From Saccostrea cucullata (taxonomy: Eukaryota), in NCBI RefSeq assembly GCF_032062105.1, contig NW_026920665.1:62001-126000 (forward strand): DNA of 64,000 nt, in the 5' to 3' direction. Positions 26,801 to 38,940 of this stretch are shown piece by piece. The translations under genes were made by a program, and so were the position numbers. How positions within the stretch are numbered: the stretch's first letter is position 1; every line of letters begins with the position of its first letter. Under the pieces are notes generated by a model, which was not told the origin of the DNA, did not search any database, and saw only the letters and a program-made list of their open reading frames with translations.

Positions 26801-28859
26801 CATATTCAGTTTCCTTGCACAGGAAATTAAATAATTACCCTCCTATAGCCTTGTTCTTGTTTTGCCTTCCATCTCAGTCTACAAGGTTATTTAAAGAAAA
26901 ATTACAAATGAACATGATTATAATTACATTTCCTACAGTAATTTTTTTTTATGGAAAAATTAAAGGAAACTAGTTTGTCAGAGGAATTTTGAGCACTATA
27001 AGCTCACAAAATGATATACCCTCTGCTCCCACATGAGTTTAATTTGCAAAGTGAATTTGTTGGTAGATAGATGAATGAAAGTTCCATTGAATTTTGTTAA
27101 GGGGTTGAGGAGGAGTAAATGCAAAATGGGTATCCCTTGAATTGAGTATACATGTATTTGCATAATGCATTTTTTGCTAAGGAAATCTCTAAATATGTGT
27201 CCAATCAAAATGATCTGAGTGAAAACATAAAATAGGAGGTCACAATGGCACTCTGAATAGAATCTGTGACAGTCTCATGGAATTTTTTTAGTGATATATA
27301 CTGTAAATCACTTTTTATTCGCAAGAACTTTATTTTCGCATAATTACGCGAGACAGTGTGCTCGCGAAAATTTAATTCTTGCGTATAATAGCATTCCTTA
27401 AGATTATATAAAGCAATAACCACAATTCATGAAAATTTTGTCTTGTTAATCAAGAGTCAATGACTATCTCGTGAAAATAAGGTGTCGCGAAAATATAGTG
27501 ACCTACAGTATAGTTGGGGATACTGGTATTTCCTATGTTGAATTATAAATAAATGAAAAACTTGCAAGAAACAAACATAATTAAATATGAATTGTTTTGC
27601 TAAATATCATGCTGGGAATACAAGACAAGCAAAATGTCATCTGTGTGGCTTTTTCTAAATGTAGACATTTAAGTCTTCATGTGTCGCGCTTTTTATATGT
27701 CCTTCTTGATATAGGGAATAATTGTGAGTTTCTGCAACACTCTCTTTCATGAAATTGCTGTCAGTTGTGCAAGAAGAGTTGCGGGAAAGTGATGGCAATA
27801 TACCCTCAAGGATACCAAGAATGGAAAAGTCCATGGTTTGCAAAGGGAAACTCCAAATATGTGTACAATTAAAACATAAAAAAGGTGATATATAATGTCA
27901 CTATGTAATAAAAAGTAGGGCTGGGTATTGGCCAGAGATTTCGTATTGCGATATATTGCGATATTTTTAACTGTGTGCGATATGTATTGCAATATTTTCA
28001 ATGAAAATTACAATGGAATTTTCTTTTTATATTAACTTTAATTTACATGCAAAATGTACATAACTATGAAAAGTAACCAAAAGGAAAAAAAAATCTTGAA
28101 TCAGTTGATTTTATTAAAGTTATGCTCTGAAATACATCCATAAAACAGCTTTTGTCTTACTGTTTGGCTTAATAACAAGCATTTCTTACATTTATTTTCA
28201 TATTTATTGATAAAATTCCTTAGTCTAAGCAATTTGCCAATATATCCATATTACAAAAATGTATTGCAATACGATATTTTTTGTCATATTGTATTGCAAT
28301 ATACAGAAATATCGATATTTTTGCCCAGCACTAATACAAAGGAAAGTTTCAATAAATTGCATTCAGCGATATCCCTAGCAAGAAGAATTCCAAATAAGGG
28401 ATGGAAACCCCCGAGTGTAAATTTTAAAGATGAACATAATGACAACACAATCACTGTATACTGAGTACTCCCCCTTTTTTCCAAGTGGAGGGTAATAAAA
28501 AAGAGGGAACTATGTACTTTAATTAATTGTACTGCATGCAAACTAATTATGCAATACTGGGGTTATATCATGTATACATACATACACTCCGTACAAGCAT
28601 TTACATGTATATATATATTGATCTATGAATAATTTATTTTCTTTAATATATTTTAAATGATGGGATTTTCACCTGTATCCACAGTTTTCTTTATTATTTT
28701 ACTTCTTTAACAATGCTTTAGCAACTGAGTATGTGGTTGATCAGTAACTATATTAACTCACCTCCACATGTAGCAGCAGAAGATGAGACTAAGGATGAGA
28801 GATAATGCTCCAATACCAAGCAGCGGCAAGGAGATGTTAGCAGGGAGGTTATCAACCAT
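23801..28859 (-). CDS. Small transmembrane RING-H2 E3 ubiquitin ligase (RNF24/RNF122-like), ~132 aa, 5 coding exons
   Basis: Exons 28859-28762, 26878-26839, 26597-26562, 25063-24984, 23945-23801. Translation: MVDNLPANISLPLLGIGALSLILSLIFCCYMWRLRWKAKQEQGYRR...TCPVCLEDFELKEYIAVCRCTHCFHMKCLLDWLHHKNMCPMCKAPV. A TM segment ending SLIFCCY followed by a C3H2C3 RING is typical of RNF24/RNF122. Confidence 0.92.
24478..24873. mobile_element. MITE with a 5-bp TSD
   Basis: tgttg|cataggcgtcggaa ... ttcggacgccaatg|tgttg, with internal repeated tagcccccccacttt. Confidence 0.75.
25287..25953 (-). mobile_element. Helentron/HINE-like element (ttagctcacc.gagc family)
   Basis: The 3' hairpin end aacaagaggcc...gctcatttgagc is at 25287 and the 5' end ggtgagctaaaa at 25941-25952. 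It has a (GACA)n tract and degenerate catgatttgaacaaa.ttgaat.tacac.acctgaggatgcttcc units. Confidence 0.75.
27299..27510. mobile_element. MITE with TA TSD
   Basis: TA|ctgtaaatcactttttattcgc ... gcgaaaatatagtgacctacag|TA. Confidence 0.8.
27916..28333. mobile_element. hAT-type MITE
   Basis: TIR tagggctggg ... cccagcacta. 8-bp TSD ataaaaag/atacaaag (7/8 match). Subterminal tattgcga/tattgcaa repeats. Confidence 0.8.
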
Positions 28860-29177
28860 CTTACGGCGACTTACATTGTGTCCCTGTTAACTAAAAATAA
28901 CCACAAATTAGGTCAATGCTCCAAATAATATTACACCATCTTAAAGCTAATGAGTATATAATTATCAAAGTTTGCATATGAATACAGGTACATTGGAACA
29001 ATTAATCTTAGAATGAAATATGTCATATCTACCGGCATATTAAAATGACTTATTAGCATGAATTCATCATGAGCAAATATGTTCATTTTTAAGTGTAACT
29101 TACTGTACCTTAATTACTTTGCCATATGCCAAAGATTTATAATTTTTTTCATCCAACAATGGTCTCTCTGTTTAAAA

Positions 29178-30192
29178 AACAAGAGGCCCATGGGCCACAT
29201 CACTCACCTGAGCACTTTGGCTAGTTCAGTTTTTATGAGTGGTATCAATGTACCATTTCCTAAAGGGAGGGAGAGTGATTTAAACAAATTTGAATCTACA
29301 CTGAGCAAGTTAATAAATCTCTTTGAAAAATCATGGCTCTAGAAGATTTGAAAAAAAATCCTATAAGTTTAATTTACCTTCTATTGTGGCCATATCCTAC
29401 TTCTGGGGTCAGGATTTCAACAAACTTGAATCTAAACTACCTGAGGGGGCTTCCATCTAAATATGACCAATCATGACTCTGCTGCTGTTAAGAATAAGAT
29501 TTTTAAAGATTTTTCCTATGTATTCCTTAATAAAATGTGATGCTTCTTTGCTTTCCGCCCCATCCTCAGGGGTCATGAATTGAACAAATTTGAATCTTCA
29601 CAACCTGAGGGTGTTTCCACATCAGTATTAGTTTCATTTTTCCTGTCCCAGTAGTTCTGAGGAGAAAAAGGATTTTCAAATGTATTTTAATGTAAAATTT
29701 GATCATCCATTGTGGTCTCACCCTACATCATGCTACATGTACGCCTTGGGGTCATGATTTGAACAGACTTGAATCTACACTACCTTACATGTAATTAGGA
29801 TGTTTCCATATAAATATGATTTATCATGGCTTTGCTGTTCTTGAGAAGAAGATTTAAAAGATTTTAAGCTATAGAGGTCATGATTTGAACAAGCTCGAAC
29901 CTACAGTACCCCAGAGGATACATAAGTTTCAATTTTCCTGGCCCAGTGGTTCTGGAGATGAAGATTTTTATAAATTTTTCCTATTAGTATGTATTCTTAT
30001 ATAAAATTGACAATTGCGGCAATGTCCTCCCCCAAAGGGTCATGATTTGAACAAACTTGAATCTACACTACCTGAGGATGTCTCCATATAAGTTTCATTT
30101 TTCCTGGTCGAGTGGTTCTTGAGAAGTAGATTTTTAAAAGATGCCATTAATTTTGCACTAATTTGTGTTTATCTCCCCTTGCAGGATGGCAT

Positions 30193-30224
<32 letters not shown>

Positions 30225-30375
30225 TATCCAAGGATGCTTTGTGAAAAGTTCGGTTCAAATTTACCCAGTGGTTCTTGAGAAGAAGTCAAAAATGTCGAAA
30301 GTTTGCTGACAGATGGATTGAAAGTCGGATAGCTAGAAAGATGTACTACATGGACAAAATGTGATTGGAAATGCA
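29178..30375 (-). mobile_element. Helentron/HINE-like element with a degenerate internal tandem array
   Basis: End reads aacaagaggcccatgggccacatcactcacctgagc. About 6 diverged copies of ggtcatgatttgaacaaacttgaatctacactacctgagg lie between 29275 and 30080. Confidence 0.8.
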
Positions 30376-30488
30376 ATTTGGCAATAAACATGTACATGTA
30401 GACTTTTTGTCTGTCTATTCTAAATCACAGAGCCAATTGTCTGAAGAAACACAGGTACTAATAAAATATTTTCCTGTGATGCAAGCTA

Positions 30489-30891
30489 TACCGTATAATC
30501 CCTATTAACCATCCCTGCCCCTATAAGCGCCCCCTTAGGTATTTTTCAATTGTCATGAAATAAGGGCTCCCTGTACAGTGATTAAAATCAACTAGAATCA
30601 TATAAAAAAAATTGAAGAATAAGTGAAAATGAAATTTGTCCATTTTCCAAATTCTCAACAGAAAATGAATAATTAAGCATAATTTGAGTGGATTATCTTA
30701 CTTTAAGTAAATTAAGTAAATAGGTTAGACATTATTTTAGTGGTTCCTTTTATCTATTTATTTTTCAAAAAAATTTTGAAGTTAAAATATGACATTAAAT
30801 ATTATAAACTAATTAAAGAGAATCCCAAAATAACCGCCCCCTTTTTGCAATTTTCTAAGTGCCCGGGGCGGTTAATACGGATTATACGGTA
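30489..30891. mobile_element. MITE with TA TSD
   Basis: TA|ccgtataatccctattaacc ... ggttaatacggattatacgg|TA. Confidence 0.8.
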
Positions 30892-32269
30892 ATTAGAACA
30901 TTATGTCACTCTACAGATTTGTCATTTCTCATATTATTATGCATCCAGAGCAAAGTTCATCAGAAGGAATTGCTTGGGAAAATTTTCTCAAGTGACTGAC
31001 TTCTTGGAAGGTCTTGGTGTTCAACAATTACTAACAACTCTATAATTCCTGATCAGATGCCAGATACAGCTGTATTGTCAGAAAACCCATGACAGATTTC
31101 TTTATCTAGGACAAGTGTTACGAGCAACTTCTTTTTTTATATATCATATGCATTCATTGCCTTCATTATATTATAGTACATCTGAGTCTAGATTCTGTCT
31201 GTCGAGCAATGAATCAGGGAAAAAGGCTCATGCATGGACAAGAATGCATACCTGAAAGAATTATCAGATATCTGGAGCCAGGAGGAATTAAAATTATTAA
31301 CAACCTGTATAATATTGAACATGCTTATGTCCTAGCTTGAATATTGTGTGAAAATTTGCTTATATATCAACAATTAATTAAAGCATTCTTTTTAATATCA
31401 AAAATATTTCTTTGTAAAAATTTTCACCCAAATTAATCATGCAAAGCCTATCTCTAAAGATATAGTGAACGTATTATTTTTTAGTATACTGTATTCTTGT
31501 ATTTTTTGGAAAGGGTAATTTTAATTAATTTGCTTTCTTTTACAAAAAGTATACTCATTTCTTAATTATATCCCTTACCTCAAATTCATGGGACCATTAG
31601 ATTAGTTTATCATACCCATAAATTGTTCACTGAGTTTATTCAACCTTCACAAAAATTTAAGAAATCTAGGCAATTTATTAATTTCAAATCAAATCAAGTT
31701 AATAATTACTTTCACTGACTTAGCTCAAACATGTACAACTAAGACTTTCTATAGTTTTTGTTTTTTTCAATTTGAATCAGTTTTGCCCTAAATAATGCAG
31801 CTAAAATATATAAAATGGAAGTTTTGAAGATAATATTACATACAAAATTACAGATACATTATTACATGCATATGTATTTACAAGTCCCAGGCCAAAGGAC
31901 TGAAAATCAAATTATTTAAATTCCTCCCCAGATAGGACGACAAGAATACAGGAAAATATATAATTAGTGAGTAGTAATAATTTTATATAGCCTCACTACA
32001 TCCTATAGTATTTTAAGAAAAATAGGTCGTATAAGTTGAGAGCACACTGTCAGTAACTACTGAAAGTATAGTGTTACTGTGTTACGAACATGCAATACAT
32101 GCATGCATGCATTTCATTATACATTAAATCTTCCATCTATAAAGTTGACAAAATGACTTAATATTATTAGAAGGTTAATTTCATTTCATCACAACCATAA
32201 AAATAATGATTACATCCACATTAAATCATTTTGATTTTAATGTGAACACCAGCAATTAACCTGTGTGCA

Positions 32270-32638
32270 TGTGGTGGTCAGTGGGGTCCGATCGCTGGTG
32301 GCCAGATAGATCAGAGTTAGAGTACCTGACCAGAGAATCAGGGGGGCCCTGGTTTGAATCTGGTCCACTGCATTTTTCTCCTTTGCTGTTACAGTTGGTG
32401 CTGTGCCATGCCCTGGAACTGACAGGTGAGGGCTGCAAGGCCTGCCAAGAATGAGTCTCCGTTGGCGTCTTTGAGGGACCATTTAAGACCTTTAAGGAGG
32501 GAGGAATGTGGCATTCAGCCGGATTTGATCACTGATGGCTAGATAGCTCAGTCAGAGGAGCACCTGACTAGAGATTCAGAGGCCTGGGTTCGAATCCGGT
32601 CTGGTACACTGCATGCATTTTTCTCCTCTCCTGTTACA
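32270..32638 (+). mobile_element. Miniature non-autonomous LTR retrotransposon (TRIM) with tRNA-like LTRs (biv-TRIM/Helenus-like)
   Basis: LTR1 32270-32393 and LTR2 32507-32638 both run TG...CA (tgtgg...ctgttaca). PBS-like tggtgctgtg starts 2 nt after LTR1. Polypurine tract aaggagggaggaa (32494-32506) abuts LTR2. LTR2 carries A box tagctcagtcag and B box ggttcgaatcc. Confidence 0.85.
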
Positions 32639-33046
32639 TGTGTAAGGTGTATGTTAAATCATGCAAGAATTTCTATCAAACTGCTAGCGATGGATCATTT
32701 CAAAGCACTTAAGTGTAATCATCCACACCTTAAGCATGTTAAGCTCAAGTTTTACTGCAAAGTTCTTGAAAGAAGTGGACACTACAGGATGGCCAATTGG
32801 CCATGGGGTTGTGGGTCATACTGTTAGTGGATCTAGGCTAGAAAAAATATTACTATATCGAGAAAAACAATTAATTCCTCTCTAATCTATGAAAAAGAAC
32901 AAACCATTATCATGATTAGGCCTACAGTATAGTTGCTTGGCAAGTTAACTTCATAAAGTTTCGTAACCATTGTCCATCGAGTCAGCTGATTCTGTCAAAA
33001 TCTGTCAAAGTTACATCATTTTACCAAATAAACACCACATAAATAC

Positions 33047-33421
33047 CTGTTGTAAACGCTCCAAATCAGTTCTTCTCTCTGCAAACTCCTAGAAATTTTT
33101 GAGAATAAAGAAAACTGTAGGATTTTGCCATCTTATTGCCTTGCCAGCTTCTTCGGTCCAAATGCGAAAATATTTAGGTCAGTGGGATAGAGTCGCAAAA
33201 GGAAAGCATTGCGTACGTGCATCGAAATTCACGATAAAGTTCAAATAAACCAATAATCACAATTGTTATCAAATTTATCGACTATTTAAAAGTTACACAA
33301 GCATGTTTATTTAGATAAAATATCAAACAATGGGTAAAAATATAGCGACAACAGTGTTTATTTCGAACCTATTTTCGGTATGTGACCTAGAATTGACACG
33401 GAAATAACGCGGGAAATTTTC
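33047..33421. promoter_or_regulatory. Putative bidirectional promoter plus non-coding first exon of the RING-H2 gene, head-to-head with UNG
   Basis: Minus-strand donor cag|gtattt at 33047/33046. The patch is CpG-enriched and has a YY1-like gccatctt at 33127-33134. The UNG ATG is at 33422. Confidence 0.55.
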
Positions 33422-35649
33422 ATGGTCTTCATTAACTTGATCAAGAGCGCAAGTAAATGCAGTGTGTTTGCGTTATTTAAACCGGTAAGCACATTAAAAA
33501 AAATGAGTGGGCAGGCGAAAATTTCGGCTTTCTTCACACAGTCTACCAAGCGGACGATCAACAATGTCAATAATGGAGAAATCGGAGAAACAGTGGTAAG
33601 GGGGGAGGGGCGGGGGTATTGACTGCCTAAATATATTGTGCAGTTCCATTTCTTGATAATATGTATAGTTTTGTAGTGCAACATTTAGGTTTCAAACAAG
33701 GCCACAAGCAGTCCAAGTCCCAAGATTTGGACAGTATTAGCTGTTGAAAATGATGTAATTTTAGCTCACCTGAGCTGTCTCTGATCAAAGAAAGTCTGTT
33801 GACAGTGTTGTTCTTCTGCATTATATTCTGCATTCTGTTGTACATCTCTTAATAAAGCTTTATTATCTTGATTTAACTATTTTATGACATCAACTGTCAG
33901 TCACTGCATGGTTACAGATGCTTTTTAAGATATGATATATAAGTATACTAGTCGATTGTCTTAATTGACAGTCTTCATGGTTTTCAACTTGAGTTGATGT
34001 TTTCCCATGAAGGTCCAGGAAAGTGAACCTACTGTCAACATGATGTAATGTATACCAATATTGTTTTATGTAGTTGATGATGCTGAATTACTATCCAATA
34101 TTTTCAATTTCTGTTTTTAGCCTAAAACACCAAGCCCAAAGAAGCTCAAAATGGATGAAAAAGGGGAAGATGTCTCATCAATGAAAGAGAATATAGAAAA
34201 CAGTCCCAACAGCAATGTACCATCAGCCCCTTTATCTCCTGAACAAAAAGACAGGATAGAACAGAACAAGTTAGCAGCCAGAGCTAGACTAGCATCCAAG
34301 ACATCTAATGGTCTACTGGTCGATGTAGGACCATCGTGGTTCAAAGCCCTGGAGAGTGAATTCTCAAAGGAGTATTTTACCAATGTGAGTATGTATCATG
34401 CAAACTTGAAAGTGCAGCAATTTCTAAAAGACTTCCATTCCAGATTGAATTTTTTTTCTGGTGTTATATCTTTCAAGAATGCATATTATGTCTTTGTTAA
34501 TGATTGTATATTCTTCAAGTACATATTTCTGGTATGTTAATAAATTGTTTATTGATTAACTTCTAAATTTTAGCTTTCAAGGTTTGTGATGTCTGAAAGA
34601 AGCAAGCATACAATATATCCCCCAGTCCATGATGTGTTTAGCTGGACCAACTACTGCAGTATTGATAAAGTAAGGCTTTCTACAGGTTCAAGAAAAAACC
34701 TCCTTGACAAAACTAAATATGACAAGACTAGAAGCATTCATGATTTAAAGATGATCTTGGATTTTACAAGCAAGATTTTGATAAGTTGATTGAGATGTAT
34801 CAAATGAATATAGTTTTTCAACTTTCATTGCACAAATGAGGTATAAAAAGTAAAATTGTCTTGTAGCATGATAAAGAATTTCCAGTTCATTTAAGAGTTT
34901 TGTGTTCACAGGTTAAATTGGTCATCCTAGGACAGGACCCTTATCATGGACCCAAACAAGCTCATGGTCAGTGCTTATTATCCCTCCCCTCACAACAAAG
35001 TTGAGGGGATATATAACTCATTTGTGAGTGCGTAACAAAAGTTATATATATAATAACAAGATTGATTTGCCCTTTTGAGAGGATGCTCCACTTTGTGGTT
35101 TCCTTCTTGGTTTCAAAGTTTTGAGACTAAAAAACAATGATCTTTAATAAAATAGCTCTCTGGAAGATTTAAACAAGCTATATATTGACAAAAACTGATA
35201 CTCCTAATTTACCATACTAAATGGATCAAAGAGCTAATGCACCGTAATACATGTACTACATTTAGTAGACTCAGAGAATTTTTCAAAGCAAGACAGACAG
35301 AATGAGAATATATGCAAAATCACTGAAAATTTATGCATATAATGATGAGATTCTTAAAATACCTGCTATTTAAGTTAATGTTAAGAATTATCTGGAATAT
35401 ATGTACCTTTAATAATATCTCTGATATTGCAGGTCTGTGTTTTAGTGTCCAAAAGGGAGTGCCACCACCACCAAGGTAATTAATGTTAATGTCATTTATC
35501 ATGCTGTGCTGATCACATACATATTGCTGCTTAAGTATCTGCAGTTTCTTATATGTACATGTAGCTTTTCAAGTTCATCTCTGCATTGTAAATTCAGGAG
35601 ATCAAAGTTTTTAGATGGATCTAACTTTAACTGACTCTGTTAGGGATTA

Positions 35650-35680
<31 letters not shown>

Positions 35681-36674
35681 ATTTTCTGATCACCTGTTGT
35701 TTGTTGTCCATCAGTCTACTTTTCACATTTTCATCTTCTTCTCAATTTAAATAGCCACTGGGCCAGTTTTAAACATATTTGGTACAAAAAAAAAATTGGG
35801 TTGAAACTTTCAAGAACCACTGGGCCAACTGCAGAAAAGTTTAAATTTATGTGAGAGCATTGTGGGGTATTGATTCTATATTGTTCAAATTATGACTCTG
35901 AGAGTAGGTAGGTCCACAATAAGGAATTAAGTTAAACATTGAAATATATAGGAAAAGTATCTTAAAAGCTTCTCAAGTATTGCCAAGCCAGAAAAGCTGA
36001 AACTTATGTAAGAGCATCCTGGGATAGTGTACATTCTCAGTTGTTCAAGTAATGACCCTGGGATAGGATGGGGCCATAACAAGGAATCTAAGTTTCACAT
36101 CTAAATATTTTGGAAACAATCCTTAAAAACCTTCTCTCAAGAACCACTGGGCCAGAAAAGCTGAAACTTATGTGAAAGCATCCTAGGGGGGATTCTAAAT
36201 TGTTCATCTATGACCCAGGGGTAGGATAGGGCCATAATGAGTATTACAAGGGGAAACTCTAATCCAAAGTTACTCAGGTGAGCATTGTGGCCCATTGGTC
36301 CCTTTGATACAAGAAGTTTATTTATATATTATAGATTGACTGTTTGTGTTCAGTAATTTATACCTCTAGTTTCATTATTTTTTCCAGTTTACAAAATATG
36401 TACAAGGCCCTCTCAGAAGACATACCTGGATTTTCCCATCCTGGACATGGTACTCTCATAGGATGGGCAAACCAAGGTCAGTTTACTATACAACACATTT
36501 TTACGACATTCTTGAAATATAAAACTTGATATATTTTGATTAAATAATAAATATAATACATTTTTCACAGTCTTTGTTTCCGGCGTCCAGGTCTGTTGTA
36601 AACTTTTTTCACATTAAAAGACTTCATCTTTACAAATTTTTTCTACGTCCGGTAACCAAATAAACCAAACTTGC

Positions 36675-36707
<33 letters not shown>

Positions 36708-38050
36708 CTTTTCAAATAAAGGGCCACGACCAACAATAAATTTGTAAGGGGAGATACTTATATTAAAGTGAAAATTTGATTATTAAATGTTTTAAAAATC
36801 TTCCAACATAGAACCACTGTGCCAGGAAAGATGAAACTTATCCGGGAAACATCCTCAGGTAATGTAGATTTAAATTTGTTCAAATCATGTCCCCCAGGGG
36901 TAGGCGGGGCCATAATGGTATTACAAGGGGAAAGTTTTATATAGAAATATATAGGAAAATTCTTTAAAAATCTTCTTTGATACAACAACAAACCAATAAT
37001 TGACATATTTATATGGTAATGCATCCTCTAGTTTCAGTGTATATTCAAGTTTTTACAAAATATGTATAAGGCCCCCGGGGGTAGGGCGGGGCCTGGATTT
37101 TTCCGATTTAAACTTTTCAATAGTAAACCAATTTCTACTTTTTCCTAGCCACAATGCTCAGGTGATCGATGTGGCCCATGGGCCTCTTGTTTCGGGAAGG
37201 GGGGGGGGGTTACTCCTTCAAGTTAAAGCCTGCCCTCGGTTTATTTATAGAAAGTGTCTTTTTAAAAATGGTTGCCAATTAAAGTTTGTTTGTATCTTCA
37301 TTAAAATTCTATTATAGGAGTCCTGCTTTTGAATGCCTGTCTGACGGTGAGGGCGGGGCAGGCTAACTCCCACAAAGACCAGGGCTGGGAGAAGTTTACT
37401 GACGCTGTCATATCGTATCTAAACAAAAACAAACGAGGACTGGTGTTTATTTTGTGGGGATCCTATGCTCAGAAGAAAGGAGCACATATTGACAAGGTGA
37501 TTTCTGTTTTACATTTGTAGTTATATTGATAGAAAGAATCTGTGCTCTTTTCTAATATTGAAGAGCATATATTGTACCTTGAAGTTGTTTACAATAAAGT
37601 GTTTCCTCTGTACACATTGAAAATTACAAGAATGCAATGTTCTTTCATCAGTGCTGCAGTATATTTACATGTATTTCATCACTTATGCACAGTGATCTTT
37701 AGTTTCATTCACATATTAGACAAATTGTATCTGCCATTCATTATTTTGAACTTACTCGTCAACTGTTGGAGTGCAATGTTTATTTAATTGTCAGAAGTCA
37801 AATGAGGATTCAGTCTTCAATACTTGAGTGTATACATTTGCTTTACTTGATGTCCGTTTAAAATACTAATTGGTTTATTAAACACAATTAATTACAGAAG
37901 AAGCATCACGTGTTGACCGGTGTCCACCCCTCGCCGCTCTCTGCTCACCGGGGATTCTTCAGCTGTAAACATTTCTCAAAGTGTAACGAACTTCTTAAAA
38001 AGGAGGGGAAATCGGCCATCGATTGGAGTCATCTCCCACCACAAAGTTAG
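33422..38050 (+). CDS. UNG: Uracil-DNA glycosylase (family 1), 350 aa from ATG 33422 or 323 aa from ATG 33503, 8 exons
   Basis: Exons 33422-33595, 34121-34384, 34574-34669, 34912-34966, 35433-35475, 36388-36476, 37318-37496, 37898-38050. Motifs: PIP box [11 protein letters not shown]-binding-like [20 protein letters not shown], catalytic [43 protein letters not shown]. Confidence 0.97.
35650..36306 (+). mobile_element. Helentron/HINE-like element in UNG intron 5
   Basis: 5' ttagctcacctgagctgaaagctcaagtgag and 3' ctcaggtgagcattgtggcccattggtcc. About 3 internal units containing caagaaccactgggcca. Confidence 0.8.
36570..37191 (+). mobile_element. 5'-eroded Helentron/HINE-like element in UNG intron 6
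   Basis: 3' end gctcaggtgatcgatgtggcccatgggcctcttgtt. Internal units are the reverse complement of those at 29.2-30.3 kb. Confidence 0.75.
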
Positions 38051-38144
38051 ATCAATACACAAAAGTGGGGAACTTCATTCATAAAGACATAGTAACTCTT
38101 CATAATCATGTAGCACATGTTGTCATTATTCATTCGTCAATAGT

Positions 38145-38940
38145 TTTATTAGCTCAGCTGAGTCAGAGCGTAACATAAAGTGAGCTTATCTGATCAGACT
38201 GATTTTAACTGTTGTCATTTGATGTCTGGCTGGGAATTTTCACATTTTCTAATTTTTGAAAAAAAATTTCTCTGATCCTAGATTGGATATTTGAGAGGGA
38301 GGGGGTTATCTTGCATGTATTGTTAATATTTTTATCCAGAGGATTTCTATTAAAAAAATTAAAGAATATTATAGCCCTTACAGTTGCAGAGCATTACAGT
38401 TATGCTCTAATTATGCTTTCACAAAGTGATTTATGAATTGTTCCATGCATGCAGAAAAGCTGCTAACCATTATATTGGAAATCCAAAATGTTCTGTTTTT
38501 ATATTATGCTGGAGATTTAATCAATTTTTTTTTGTTACAAGACAAAGTTTTGTCACTATTGTTGATTTAAACTGCTTTAATAGTACTATAAAGTGAAGTT
38601 GAATTTTTAAATAAAATACTTGAAATCTTTTAAGTTTTGCTTCAACATCTTTGTCAAGGGATAGAATGTACTGTAAGGAACAGAATGTGCAGTACCTCAG
38701 ATGTAAGCCCCCCACAGTTGTAGTCTTATTGCCCACAATTGTAGATATATTTATTGCAATATATTGCAGGTCAACAACTCTCAATGAAATCAGATAGACT
38801 TGATCGTACTATTGGTTATAAGGAACATTATACTATTTATTGCTGTTGTAAAGTTTCAAGTCCCAATTGCTACTTATCTCTTCCTTTGTTATTAAAGTAC
38901 AAACCAGTCGAGCTTCAGTCTTGACAGAGACTTCTGGTTC
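38145..38940 (+). mobile_element. Degenerate Helentron/HINE-like remnant between the converging UNG and SoxH 3' ends
   Basis: 38833-38940 closely matches 12866-12975 (tatttattgctgttgtaaagtttcaa...aaaccagt.gagcttcagtct.gacagagacttctggtt). A 5'-like ttagctcagctgag is at 38149. Confidence 0.65.

Noticed and set aside
32237-32482. Three short ORFs over the GC-richer patch
   Set aside because: They coincide with the non-coding TRIM and show no gag/pol similarity.
32536-32606. tRNA-like sequence with good A and B boxes as a functional tRNA gene
   Set aside because: The stems are imperfect, and it is one of two copies inside LTR-like direct repeats, so it is treated as part of a retroelement.
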